Part shown: piece by piece, positions 16,601 through 23,552 of the stretch
Layout: every line of letters starts with the position of its first letter
Numbering within the stretch: the first letter of the stretch is position 1
Source: a virus
Lineage: Duplodnaviria > Caudoviricetes
Virus record (IMG/VR): IMGVR_UViG_3300002219_000012
Coordinates: 1 to 60,586 of that record
Reading direction: 5' to 3' (one strand)
DNA length: 60,586 nt
Made by a program: the position numbers and the translations under genes
The notes under the pieces: generated by a model
Seen by the model: the letters and a program-made list of their open reading frames with translations, nothing else
The model's database searches: none
Told to the model about the DNA's origin: nothing

Positions 16601-18347
16601 TGAGCAAATTACCTTCCGGCGTTGCCGCAGGTTCAACGTTCTTTTCAGCCTGTACGTTGGGTGCCTCGATGGGGGAAGTCTCAGCAGTGGGCAAGGGTTT
16701 GATTTCCTCTGCCGGTTTTACGATCTTATCAAGAACCTTCTGCTCGTCTGTGTCCAGAAGACCTTTTGCTCTGGCTTCCTGAAGGATGGCAATGTCTGCT
16801 TCGCTCGGTTTCTGTGCTGGATAATAAGGCAACGTCTTCCGGGCGTACTTTAATTTCTGCTGGTCAATTATCGGGGTTTCGGTTTGCAGCGTCCCATTTG
16901 GCACCTCCTCTTCTGGAATTGTATATTCCGGCACGTCTTCTTCCGTGTTTCTTGCGGGGATGATCTTCTTGATCCGCTCCATATCGGCCAGTGTTTGGCT
17001 GATGGAATCCGGGCGGGGCTCGGGGGAGGCTACTTCGTCTATCTTCCTGATAATGCTATCCGCGATAACACCGTTCAGCCCATCCCGTAACTGGGGGTAT
17101 CGCTCTTTGAATCTTTCAAGACTGTCACTGTCATAGATACCGCTGTTTTGTCCCTCGCGGATAATTTCAAGAGCGTTTTCGGGGGTGAAGGGATCGCCGT
17201 CAACGGTGCCCACTTTCATTCCCTGGTCAATGAAACTGGTTGCCAGAGCGCCTATCTTTAATTTATTGATTTCGCGTTCAAGTTCAGGGGGGTTGTCCTC
17301 GACGGCCTGCAATCTCTGATAAACAGCTCCAGCTCCGCCGATGAATCCGGACAACAAAAGAACAGCAGGGAATACTTCCTTTGCCGAGGTCAACCAGTCT
17401 TCCGGGCTTGTCCATTCCCGTTTGGGCTCGGAGGTCATACCGGCTTCGACTTCGACGTTGTGTTGGCCCATTTGGGTGACGGTTTCCGTCGCTTCCTCAA
17501 TTCCGATGATCTTACCCAGCTTCACAGCGCCTTTGGCCAGTTTTTTAATGACAGAATCGGGAATCAGCTTTCCGCCCGGAACTTTGTTTTTTGCAAGGAT
17601 CAACGCCAGTTCTGCCGCTGTGCCGATACCTTCCGGGACGGCCTCGTACAAACCTGACTTAGAGGCAAGTCCTTCGTATAGCCCCTTAAGCGCCGTTTCT
17701 TCCTCGGGGTTTATGCCGCGGCCATGTAACTTGATGCTTTCCTCATTCTTCCGGTTCAGCCAGTCGTTCATGGTCTGGTATGATTGCATCCTGTGGGCGG
17801 CCGCACCAGCGCCGAGCATCCGGCCCGCAAATATTCCACCGGGTCCACCGGGGGCACCAGCCACACCACCAGCCGCGCCAGCTACCATCGAAACGCCGCT
17901 AAACCCGAGGTTTTGCCCCAGTTGTGCAATGTCTTGTTTGGAAATAACGCCGGGGATTACGTCGCCCGTTCCCTCGTATTCTTTGGAAAGTTCCTCGTTA
18001 CGTTTCGTTACCCAATTAACAAACTTGTCGCCTATCCCTCTATCATTTATCGAAGCACCGCCGCCGCCCTGAATCGCTGTGATTGCAGAGGCCGCAAGAT
18101 TTTCAGGCACGCTTAAAAGCGTCTTTCCCAGTGCTCCCAGCGCCGATCCTTCTTTGGGTGGATTGCGGCGCTTTAGATCATCCTGGACGTGCTGATCGAC
18201 GCCCTCCTGCTTGGCCCAGGTGTCAAAATCAGAGTATTCCTTATCGTAACCCGCACGGGTATAAACGTCTTTTGCCACCTTATCAAGCGGCGCGTCTCCG
18301 TAATAATCTTTGTGTTTGTTATAGAATCCGAGAATGTCGAAAGCCAT
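4605..18347 (-). CDS. Giant polyvalent internal-virion/ejection protein (ART-like x2, LPD5/LPD1-like, HExxH x3, PLxRFG-like C-terminus)
   Basis: 4580 aa; YYHGT..GTYF..GHDALIF; IQDFGEKLGGARKD; FGFRGVEFGNW..AHEFFHALD; AHELTH; HHGTPH..GTGEGAAAFGWGWY; AHEISHH; last gene of virion module. Confidence 0.85.
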   Translation of the reverse strand: MAFDILGFYNKHKDYYGDAPLDKVAKDVYTRAGYDKEYSDFDTWAKQEGVDQHVQDDLKRRNPPKEGSALGALGKTLLSVPENLAASAITAIQGGGGASINDRGIGDKFVNWVTKRNEELSKEYEGTGDVIPGVISKQDIAQLGQNLGFSGVSMVAGAAGGVAGAPGGPGGIFAGRMLGAGAAAHRMQSYQTMNDWLNRKNEESIKLHGRGINPEEETALKGLYEGLASKSGLYEAVPEGIGTAAELALILAKNKVPGGKLIPDSVIKKLAKGAVKLGKIIGIEEATETVTQMGQHNVEVEAGMTSEPKREWTSPEDWLTSAKEVFPAVLLLSGFIGGAGAVYQRLQAVEDNPPELEREINKLKIGALATSFIDQGMKVGTVDGDPFTPENALEIIREGQNSGIYDSDSLERFKERYPQLRDGLNGVIADSIIRKIDEVASPEPRPDSISQTLADMERIKKIIPARNTEEDVPEYTIPEEEVPNGTLQTETPIIDQQKLKYARKTLPYYPAQKPSEADIAILQEARAKGLLDTDEQKVLDKIVKPAEEIKPLPTAETSPIEAPNVQAEKNVEPAATPEGNLLTEALKYKSADEFVQAQTPYYHGTHGDFETFKPFNEVPEEFRDASGQKTFGTYFADNKDLAGKFGKNVMERNLDVHNPIDLSKVQNFDELTKALGVDTEENAFTLKRMKADSYFDEFTSGDNESPYRALEALEKKFNITQKLQERGHDALIFADKEGTKVGKTTVVFDVNKIKTKSQLTEIWNKAHEGKPSTLPAPLSQTDAATVGVKEVKSEESSPDFNEMVKEAQRWRGAAYKVDASLGDDKKARLAHSQMTTKADLDRYLMKKFGIDEVTARNISNELTAKNLKPNDTAKIEDFAGEPWAKVPAAPKPPEDSISGKVEAAGEVKEPWEMSAEEVGKQWPNPEGDASSRSPWMMPVGQWSAWEAGAFKTEAKEPSAKQKEWHRGIVRDAVREGKPVPESVLKDYPDLAPKKAEGVSSESQIIPYSKDLKITNTDSMPKGVGARYILAVKGENGELVAKQWKRDIPKQMSNVEVLVDFKPEPTTKGKVKEPARIVPHPDGNGFAVSVGKNKWVNGGSGPLGGGSIGRWPTIEAAKKGAAHLKEVVVSPEATETPATFGNIPEAMKDQWGKIPEEQLKGFAAAGNKGAEIELAKRRKQNEAAEPAEIFIRKAERKDLGRIQKSLREIPAKEGYEVVYKPSDKTQGKSIWYKKLKEKVIKVDNSPKKATESKNLAQFIIAIGKVRLGSFTSKTGTAWDRAHGKRGKDQSREMGVIKAVASINGKFSMDEAASMANLEGYRDRDGQPFTDVTLFRELAEGDARKVLRPDLQESKMETEIEEKENEWITEQLAKLEENEFADAIAGEGQENIKAVSLDEIEAQEGDLTESELALASHDADDFFAAIAENKPAEKPAITEKNQTKIEGTDSFNLTNPETEISKGLPQQVTPKNEDLFAEEKKTQTEEVDPKLTSDLLADMEYLKNNDLVARVHIDNLIGRSDDELLQAGLLTREAKSKIKDIADIVGVEPRLKERIDKKTAELLKIAGYDKNVYSAPDHIADAAKMVEAEEEPAKPKPLRMDGTTRPERKKTAPLAGFDSLPQSTKDKFNAAFESKDTLKMQEYLDLPNKNLRAEFENRTGAKLPNTVKGTDQAVSDYFAEPSEQKPEAKEPWQMTKEEGKADGLRYDPATNRHNGTKLTRGDVLVDNEGNRYALDRDSGFTLTAARLDENNKESGLVSFSVDPTDKTRFLNVRIDGTNLYKEGQPENSDHPITQQLLSIKEKLSTITSRDEAGAIDKSVSREIYDEIKRYDSTLAYNLMKKAEEGLPAALALNKGVKTGKDSLYQMQVKDLNEVLDRAIDRLRKETGQSKAIVPAASKSGKEDIQDFGEKLGGARKDRSESFKKEYTDSDIASLPLSKIWPKSEVDAIEDKFVAAFAFAARGAIPTKPQLKYKVSRWVEKVKAFRGMMSDLFKDIENGAYSRGKILDKSKSFSSLKGFFAKIRLLEAIDREQWDRIGDVNEYPDAYRYSDKMGDDGKYEHIPAPSVSVYIDGRYKSFEGLKSVEESIEQVNEALGKTTPIKSDAIKGFEVRGSGDRYFINKKGDSQYHKLKEFKTSKEALDFRNEHPDELLKAWDAVKELENVAKEDVRTKENRPRAGKDHRAGKDVTPQQFIDTFGFRGVEFGNWVAQGSNAKERQGMLNDAYDAMMDLADIIGIPPKAISLNGTLGLGFGSRGHGGAAAHYEPDTIVINLTKTKGSGTFAHEFFHALDNYFQRARGIEGVTREKNYITYSPETYYQEKGGARLSASRYNEILNRRGLKPENWTKIEGVRPEVAEAFKKLVETLDNSPMSERVSHIKNKYWSRIIERAARSFENYVIVKMAKQGYQNDYLANVVRVEDFKRMADRYPYLYDSEIAPVEDAFDKLFDTIQTRETDKGVAMYQRKGTTSSGLQQSAVQSIINKAVTAIPNAPKVNVVQGNENCPDEVQKIMEQEGIDDAMGFTYKGEVYLVSDNLQNTEEALRTLAHELTHSGLGKFFQRQRMSRALVPVRAQYEALMDAIYRAHHKEIEQITKTTHTHLNTRTAKDRRQACEEWLCNQSYEAQPKWYDKLVAIFHDLLRAIGLDVKLSDAEVRVVLQDAFKEFGGEGVNFKIAHHGTPHVWMPEPGFPHGRPRLDKIGTGEGAAAFGWGWYSAEAEVTGKAYLGASGQSIDVDGKIYSGTKKPLEKQTAEEMAVTIAANSLLVNKSILMEAHRIRTAARIAKNNPESLTLFEKEAGWDQAEKLNTVADILDKWANADVKIANSLYKLEIPDDVIPKLLDWDKPLSEQSEYIKILLGKNVNLVPGDVTHDIYTKTGKRLAWARGEEEKAEWERQGYVLRPVKPLDAKGSRYYEHLTQKFGSQKAASKYLASIGIPGNKYLDQMSRNYNIIDNQMKVAYDNFNGDAEAAADYLVQYLHDTPEEKSKARQNYINKFKRGYTYNYVIWDQKVLDRIALLERNGEKLDAIREEQEQEVPIEFQRSPVRRSQPMFSRSDNPNYKWWEGMDIQKQLESLPLKFWQKPRNFIAMGYVPITRAEADQLYYDGLDIFVAHVNIRGELDTTGNEGIFMRPLSFYGYQYRRYDGTRTQETEATNRYLKYRERYLQGRTGEVTRPERRETVPVSEEAPERKVAESENRYSGTQGKGTANIPPETTPKAEDGIEAWRDTSKWDVPEFEARKIENDPLAFLKEDDSVDIAVQENAFRKSRIDNYVAPDVGIFGTKENVIEIARAIKALTEEKLYPSEFWSIVKKNLPEHIANEHYEDVDPAWGKMTVYDTIFDPYKENIPNIQGITPLAFSIEQLAAHYPKYALEIAERFTEKPQLLIADLRRAEKEIDSLNKQDMAFINETYFKEEPKKKPNFHVVKPELPNPTRPPEVGGQTVKSGYSINQKGDIIEEKGGEDGRPTADSENRRGERESVLPGVREEHRRRVADERQGISQDVNAPHRLREACRTAGQGITHDPTGYDNHNFKEMQNLAASHGFDLIPFKDSTKSINAFISGNNIFLSMDKGDVPLINRVAHEISHHLYSQSTTKGKIDTTSQAFIQYRENLSKTVLGVDNYNRGYRVDIPFATEEYVADIESGMERIGGVLLTDGLKNGQTVDPIVKESESRKYSARKYSIRPQQDPPTSRDPKVLNLYLKDETDALIQTMMNKLHPPHMTWLETILKSPEWFGHPQIQNIVKLFMRDRNEIYHETFNELNMADDIDAPESTVTEAAKALKNKGLTLADRLAGKVSPEYQKLQEIIDEGDTSWKRNTSIPLDKQIKEFEKHIRQQGATEDTIRVWKLYRQSYDKALDLQTAQLRQMIEEITEEANFRGEKPDLNELRQTLKGALAQMEEWRGFYAPRLREQGNWKVQAYKEHGPMKENREWYREHRGSELSARRLANKMQREGWKIFSVGQVEKLPETIYQDVNATATAKLIDAALEKLSKKSALSNELTLKFNEEVLREVSNAIKARGFRSTMIRRGEKVVRGFIEDPIQRHLQYTNSLSGGIAKARVARMAMKEMLGEKFEGKQIGGIDPVQDPKAFQVAQNYIEEQLRNVEPIDRMIGLAKSIATFKFLGFNLRSLAVNTTAIITTAPAAIHQYALGGKGSLMGIIKELAVSGKDYGALMAGKKLANADEQAFLDEVQKKGWDDAQYTREALGEISKTHSRIWSSMMDGSMYLFGKSEKWNRGTTMLAAYRLARKQGMGHGEAAEVAKEASDKAHGVYGKSTMPMWAQGTNPAAKLGQLFYVYQKFGHNYLQMLYDMGAKKKNIKGMMFAFLSPLVLAGGAALPFKDALFSFAGFILKALFGEDRDPEKWVWDEIRKHLGLEAEKIGRHGLTGALGVDISGSLSAGVGIPKNFIDLTGAIGGVATELKEAKESIRNKQYAKAAEHLLPTGFANPLRAIRESSQGVTTRNNRPVWDEQGRPYKPEGAATVARTFGFRSTDQAVLSERTWEGHRQQADFADKRNAIYERYRAWTLGKRDRGEYKEIVKEVQDYNKKIRELRIPGVSPITSQSLQMQARRMAAPSKNERALLRN

Positions 18348-18388
18348 TGCAAGCCCTTTCTTGTTATTCTGTTAGTGGTGGGTATCTT

Positions 18389-19363
18389 CTAATTTCCAAG
18401 CCATGCGGCGTTTGCTTTTCTCCGTTCGTCTCTTTTTGACATCCAATCGGCATTTTTCTTTACAAGGGATTCATTGTAGGCTTTCCCGGCCGCCAATTCT
18501 TCTTCCTTGCGTTTCTTGGCGAATTGCTGCCTCGCTATTATCGCAGGGGAATCACCCGCCACCGTTGCGCCCGGATTTTTCACCTGCCAATCCTTTTGTG
18601 CGGCGCTTAACTGCTCGGGCGAAAGGCCCGTAAAGTCAATCGGCTGTGCTGCTTGCGCCGGAGCCGCCGGTTTGGATATCCTGAAATCATTGAAATCAGT
18701 CGGCGCATTTTTGCCAATGATGCCCTGCTCTATTGCGCCCCCAACTGGTTCCACTAGATCATTAAGCGAAAGTGACGGTCTTGTTGCTGCCGCCGGGGAT
18801 GCTGCGGGAATTGCTGCTGCTGGCTGTTCACCAGCCAAGCCCTGTCTTGCCTGTTGCTGCTTTTTCATTGCATTTTGGGTGTAAAAGTCAATCGCCGCCT
18901 GGGATGACGCGACGGCTTCGGGGGATGAATTGACATTCGCTATGACTGCGGCATGGGCCTTGATTAATTCGGGGTCATATCCTTTAGCCAACTCGTCTCG
19001 TTTCATGGCATAGTTCGTGTCAGCCGTGTACATATGCCCTTGAAGCCCCTGATCCGCCGTGTAGCGCGTGCCCTCGTTTGCCAAACCCTGCCGGGCAATC
19101 TCCCCCGCTGTTCTTTCCTTGGCCTGTTCGAGTGCGCCGGTGTTGACTAATCCCTGCCGGGCAAAGGAGGCTTCATTACCCTGCTCCTGTAATTCCTGCG
19201 CCCCCCGTTGTTTAAGCAGTTCGTCGTCAATTTTATTATTGCGAAGCTGCGTTTGTTCGTGTCCGGAAAGCCCTTCGTCCAGTTTCCTTTTTTTCATGTC
19301 CCAGGCTTCTCGCGTAATTCCCAAAACCTGATCAATCAATGCTTGCAAGTTAAGGTTTGCCAT
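18389..19363 (-). CDS. Putative internal virion/ejection protein
   Basis: Ala/Gln-rich helical protein upstream of giant gene. Confidence 0.6.
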   Translation of the reverse strand: MANLNLQALIDQVLGITREAWDMKKRKLDEGLSGHEQTQLRNNKIDDELLKQRGAQELQEQGNEASFARQGLVNTGALEQAKERTAGEIARQGLANEGTRYTADQGLQGHMYTADTNYAMKRDELAKGYDPELIKAHAAVIANVNSSPEAVASSQAAIDFYTQNAMKKQQQARQGLAGEQPAAAIPAASPAAATRPSLSLNDLVEPVGGAIEQGIIGKNAPTDFNDFRISKPAAPAQAAQPIDFTGLSPEQLSAAQKDWQVKNPGATVAGDSPAIIARQQFAKKRKEEELAAGKAYNESLVKKNADWMSKRDERRKANAAWLGN

Positions 19364-19409
19364 GTCTTCGCTCCTTATTCCTTACGGTTATTTGTAGTAT
19401 AACATAAAA

Positions 19410-20708
19410 TCATGCTTTTACCTTGTAAAAAGTGCAGGGCACGACAATATAATTAGTTTTCTCCGTGTCCTCATCCGCCGCTTTAAGATGTGTCTGATTC
19501 AGCCACGTGAAAGATTCCGTAGCCGGTGAAACGGTGCTGTCCAGCTTCAAAATGGCCACCCTGTCACCTACTTTATAATCATAGAAGTCTGTTGCCTGGG
19601 CGATAATCGAACAACCCTGAACCTTTACCGTGTATTCGTTGCCGATGCCGCCGTCCGTTCTGTCCGCTTCCAGTGTGACGGCTGTAATAACCCCTGATGT
19701 AAAATGATTCGTTTCCATCCAGTTTCCGGCATATAAGAAGGGGGAAGATTCCTGGAACCACCACACATGGGGGGGACACGCCACAGGCCTTGTCAGGATT
19801 CCAATGAATTCACCAGGAACGGGGAGGGTGTCGGTCTTCTTAATCCAAAACCGCATCCACATTTTTGGTTCGACGGTTTCCGGGTATTTCTCCATTTTCT
19901 TGGACAAAAGCTCAACGCGGGCATCCTGTTTGATATAGGCGCTTTCAATCAGGTGCGTTCCGAAACAATAATTCTGGCCGGCAAGAGCGTTATCGTTGGA
20001 ATCCTTCATGTCAGGGAAAATTTCGGGCGTGCTCTGGAGGCTCGGCTTTTTGTCATCGGTAATGTCAGCCGCCAACCTCGGCCAATACAATGTATTATTC
20101 TTTACGGCATCAAACGGATATCCGGATAATTCAGTTTCCTGTAATAAGGAAATGACTTCCATTACCCCCAACTGCCCGACCGGAAACGAAATGTATCCGG
20201 CGTAATCAGCCGGGTTATATCCATCGGGGCCGTCAGAAGCATATTGCATCCCCTGGCCCTCTCCCCATAGCTCAAAGGCTATTGTGTTGATCCAGTAAAT
20301 GCCGTTGTGCTCGTACTCCGCGCTGTATAGTTTCCCGAAAACGCTCTGGCTTATATCCGTGCTTAACTGTTCCAGATCAGTTAAAACCTTCAAGGGTTTT
20401 AATCCGGCCAAACGAGAAAGAAAACTCAAATTCACGGAAATATACGGGCCGTATTTGAAATGTTTGAAGTCCTCCGACATATCAGCATAATATTTCTTAA
20501 GGAAATTATCGTGATAAAACAGATACCAAACGTCGGACGCCACGGGTGCCGCCATCTTGATACCGGTGTCGCTTTGCACAAAGTCGCCGGGTTCCATCAT
20601 TCCAATGAGCCCTTCGATCTTACCGACAAGATCCGAAAGGATATTCCCGCTTCCGGCCAGTCCTTTCATGCTTGCGATTAATCGCCCTATTTGCTCTTTG
20701 TCGCTCAT
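19410..20708 (-). CDS. Putative tail/virion protein with C-terminal OB-fold-like segment
   Basis: Start MSDKEQ coupled by TAATG; GVITAV..YTVKV..YKVGDRVAIL. Confidence 0.6.
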   Translation of the reverse strand: MSDKEQIGRLIASMKGLAGSGNILSDLVGKIEGLIGMMEPGDFVQSDTGIKMAAPVASDVWYLFYHDNFLKKYYADMSEDFKHFKYGPYISVNLSFLSRLAGLKPLKVLTDLEQLSTDISQSVFGKLYSAEYEHNGIYWINTIAFELWGEGQGMQYASDGPDGYNPADYAGYISFPVGQLGVMEVISLLQETELSGYPFDAVKNNTLYWPRLAADITDDKKPSLQSTPEIFPDMKDSNDNALAGQNYCFGTHLIESAYIKQDARVELLSKKMEKYPETVEPKMWMRFWIKKTDTLPVPGEFIGILTRPVACPPHVWWFQESSPFLYAGNWMETNHFTSGVITAVTLEADRTDGGIGNEYTVKVQGCSIIAQATDFYDYKVGDRVAILKLDSTVSPATESFTWLNQTHLKAADEDTEKTNYIVVPCTFYKVKA

Positions 20709-21862
20709 TACGTTTTCTTTAGAATCGTATGGGTTAAGGTTGAGGCTATGTTTGCCGCTGCCAGGGTTTGCCTCGCTTGGACAGCTGCCAGTGCCTTGGA
20801 CCATTCATTTGCCGCCTTAAAGGTCAAAATAGAGACTTTTGAGGCATCCAACTGGGGTTGCAGAGCGGCGTCCGCCTGCATAAAGGTCAATTCCAGACCA
20901 GCCAGATCAATCTTATGAGCATGTTGCAGGTCTTTTTCCTGCCGGTTCATGGTGATGGAACTTACCCGGCCGGTCTGCTTCGTGTTCATCAGGTCAATTT
21001 TGTTCTGGTGATTCGTCGCTGCCTGCGTTCCCAGCGTGGCGATGTAATCGATTTCATCCTGGGCCTCGGTATTTTTCGCATGGGCCAGCGTTACCCGCGC
21101 CGCCGCTGCCGGAAGCTCGGCCTCTGCAACGTCTGTTCGCGCTTGCTCAATGGTCAATTCGTTTTCCAGAAGGTCAATCTTCTTCATGGCCCGGTTGGTT
21201 TCCGCGATTTCAACCTTTACCCGGGCGATTTTCGCATCAATGTCAATCAGCTCCTGGGCGGTCCGAACCGTGTCAATCTGAATTTTCAACGCTGCATTGG
21301 CCGCGTCAAGTTTCTGAATATCCACCTTGGCCGATTGGATTTCTTTTTCAGCAATTTCAATGTCCGCCATATCAAGGTGGATGGATTCCATTTCAAGATA
21401 GGCTTCGATCTCGGTTATCCGGGCTGCCGTCTTTTCGGTTTCCGACGTGATTTTAACGGCCATTGTTTCAAGGGCTGCTTCGTCGGTTGCCAGGGCCGCG
21501 ATCTTCTCGTCCCACAAAGCCTCGTCAGCCTCAATCCGGGCTTCTTTTGTCTCCATCTTCTTGTCGTGGATCAGCTTATCGATGTTTGCCAGATACCTTC
21601 GGGAAACAATGTCGTTCACGATGATGGTTTCCTGATTCGTGAGGTCGGCCATTTTCATATTATAATCCGCCAGCAGGTTGGCCAGGTCTTCCGTTTCAAT
21701 CTCCAGAAGATACTTATTCCGGTTCAAATAAGCCGACGAATACAAACCAAAGATGGTTGTCCGGTCTGCGGTCTGCGTGGTGTCAAAAGGGAAACTGTAA
21801 ATAAAAGGCGTCCATACCTTTGCTTCCCTCGCTGTTGATCTCGAATAGGCTTCTGTTGACAT
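20708..21862 (-). CDS. Long coiled-coil virion protein
   Basis: Heptad-rich; C-terminus (ASTLTH) similar to 21867-23075 (SARLTH). Confidence 0.65.
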   Translation of the reverse strand: MSTEAYSRSTAREAKVWTPFIYSFPFDTTQTADRTTIFGLYSSAYLNRNKYLLEIETEDLANLLADYNMKMADLTNQETIIVNDIVSRRYLANIDKLIHDKKMETKEARIEADEALWDEKIAALATDEAALETMAVKITSETEKTAARITEIEAYLEMESIHLDMADIEIAEKEIQSAKVDIQKLDAANAALKIQIDTVRTAQELIDIDAKIARVKVEIAETNRAMKKIDLLENELTIEQARTDVAEAELPAAAARVTLAHAKNTEAQDEIDYIATLGTQAATNHQNKIDLMNTKQTGRVSSITMNRQEKDLQHAHKIDLAGLELTFMQADAALQPQLDASKVSILTFKAANEWSKALAAVQARQTLAAANIASTLTHTILKKT

Positions 21863-21866
21863 GATT

Positions 21867-23075
21867 TTATCCTATTAAATGGGTTAACCTCGCAGAAATA
21901 TCCGCTGCTGCATCAGCTTCGGCGGAACCTCTAACTCTGTAAATGTCCGCCGCTGCATCCGTTCCGTTGTAAGCTATTTGCCCGCCTGCCGTCGTGTTCT
22001 GGCTCGCCAGCAATATCGAATTCTTTAAAGTATCGACCGTTGTTTTCTTGTCCAGAATTGCCGTGTTCGTGGCCTGTTCATCAGCCAGCCCGTCGGCAAA
22101 ATCAGCCAGTAAAAGATTCTGGTAAGCATCCTGAATGTAATTCTCATGGGTTAAAATATCCTGCTCGTATCCGAATTGGGTTGTGGCCAGATCCCGCTTA
22201 TCCTCGGCCAGCTCAATTCGTTTCGTGTCCGTGGCGATGTTTTCCGTCAATTCCTGTATCTGATAACCGGCCTTCGTGACCGCCGCCGCCGATTGCGCCA
22301 CCTTCTCCCCGGCAATATCTTCTTCCAGGGGAAGCAGAACGTCCGTGATCTTCGTCGCGTGTTCTTCAACCTTGGAAGACAACTCGTTAATAAAGGGCGT
22401 CAGGGTTTCTTTTTTGTCGGATAGGGCTTCCAGGGCCTGCATGTAGATCGTGTAATAACCGGCCTTTGATTGTTCCAGGGTCAAAAGCTCCTGCTCTTTG
22501 GTTAGGATCTCCTCGACCACGGGGATGATTTCCAGCTTCTTTTGTGCCGTCAGGAGTTTGGCCGCCGCCAACTGGGTTTCATAGGGGGCAACACTCCCGT
22601 CCAGCTCCGCCAGAGTCTTTTTATAGGCTTCCATCGACAATTCAAGGGCCACTTTCGCTTCTGATAGGGTAATTGCCCGCCGGGAAACTTCTATTGCCAG
22701 TCGGTCTAGGACTTCCTCTTTCTCCGCCATGTCCTGTTTAATCCCGGCCAATTCCGATGCCCAGTCCATCATCAGGTCTTGTTTCTCGATTTCCCAGGCC
22801 ATTAACGCGGTTTTGTAAGCCACGTCATAGTTTCCGACGCTCTGCTTTAATTCTCTCTCAATCGTTTCGGAAAGGATTTTAAGGTTCAGTTCAGACAGGT
22901 TTAATTTCGTGGCAAACTCCAGCCGATTTTCCGCGCTGTATGCGTAGCCGGGAAGATTCAGAAAACCCCGCCCGGCAATGGCCGACATTAAAGCGGCGTG
23001 TTCTTCTGCATACTTGGAAATGATCGGCGCCTTCCCTAATCTCCACGCTGATTGTTCTCTTAATGAATTACTCAT
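21867..23075 (-). CDS. Long coiled-coil virion protein
   Basis: Heptad-rich; AIAGRGF motif near N-terminus. Confidence 0.65.
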   Translation of the reverse strand: MSNSLREQSAWRLGKAPIISKYAEEHAALMSAIAGRGFLNLPGYAYSAENRLEFATKLNLSELNLKILSETIERELKQSVGNYDVAYKTALMAWEIEKQDLMMDWASELAGIKQDMAEKEEVLDRLAIEVSRRAITLSEAKVALELSMEAYKKTLAELDGSVAPYETQLAAAKLLTAQKKLEIIPVVEEILTKEQELLTLEQSKAGYYTIYMQALEALSDKKETLTPFINELSSKVEEHATKITDVLLPLEEDIAGEKVAQSAAAVTKAGYQIQELTENIATDTKRIELAEDKRDLATTQFGYEQDILTHENYIQDAYQNLLLADFADGLADEQATNTAILDKKTTVDTLKNSILLASQNTTAGGQIAYNGTDAAADIYRVRGSAEADAAADISARLTHLIG

Positions 23076-23542
23076 GTTGTCTCCACTACGGTCTGTCCTA
23101 TGTTTTCAACTGCACGTCGATATGCGGCGAATGCGTTGGTTTCGTCGGCGTGTAATCCCAAAAATATCCTTATCCCATCAACTTGGATACGCGACATCCA
23201 CTTCCCTGTTTTTTTGTTCCAATACACCCCTGGAAATTTTGATGTTTTCGTATCGTGCCGATTTTGCATATTTTGTCGATGTGTCAAGAATCTTAGGTTG
23301 TCTTTTTGGTTGTTTAATCCATTGCCATCTTTATGGTCACGCTCATATCCGAGCGGCAGTTCGTTCATTATAACAGCGTGCATCAATATTGTCGTTTTGC
23401 TTCCGTCTTCCCTGCATTCTTTGCGTACTGCATAAGAGGTGTTTTTCAACGTCATTACGTGCCATTTGTGTTGACTTAAAGACTTAAAGTCTTCATCATC
23501 AACCAGCGCAACCTTACCCCTCGTCAACCTAATTTCTTTCAT
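23072..23542 (-). CDS. HNH-AP2 homing endonuclease
   Basis: MH..DHKDGNGLNNQKDNLR; SKFPGVYW..KW AP2-like domain. Confidence 0.9.
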   Translation of the reverse strand: MKEIRLTRGKVALVDDEDFKSLSQHKWHVMTLKNTSYAVRKECREDGSKTTILMHAVIMNELPLGYERDHKDGNGLNNQKDNLRFLTHRQNMQNRHDTKTSKFPGVYWNKKTGKWMSRIQVDGIRIFLGLHADETNAFAAYRRAVENIGQTVVETT

Positions 23543-23552
23543 GGCGTGATCC

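Noticed and set aside
4605-18347. DarB (SNF2 helicase + MTase) or virion RNA polymerase
   Set aside because: No Walker A/DExx helicase, NPPF/Y MTase or DxDGD polymerase motifs recognised
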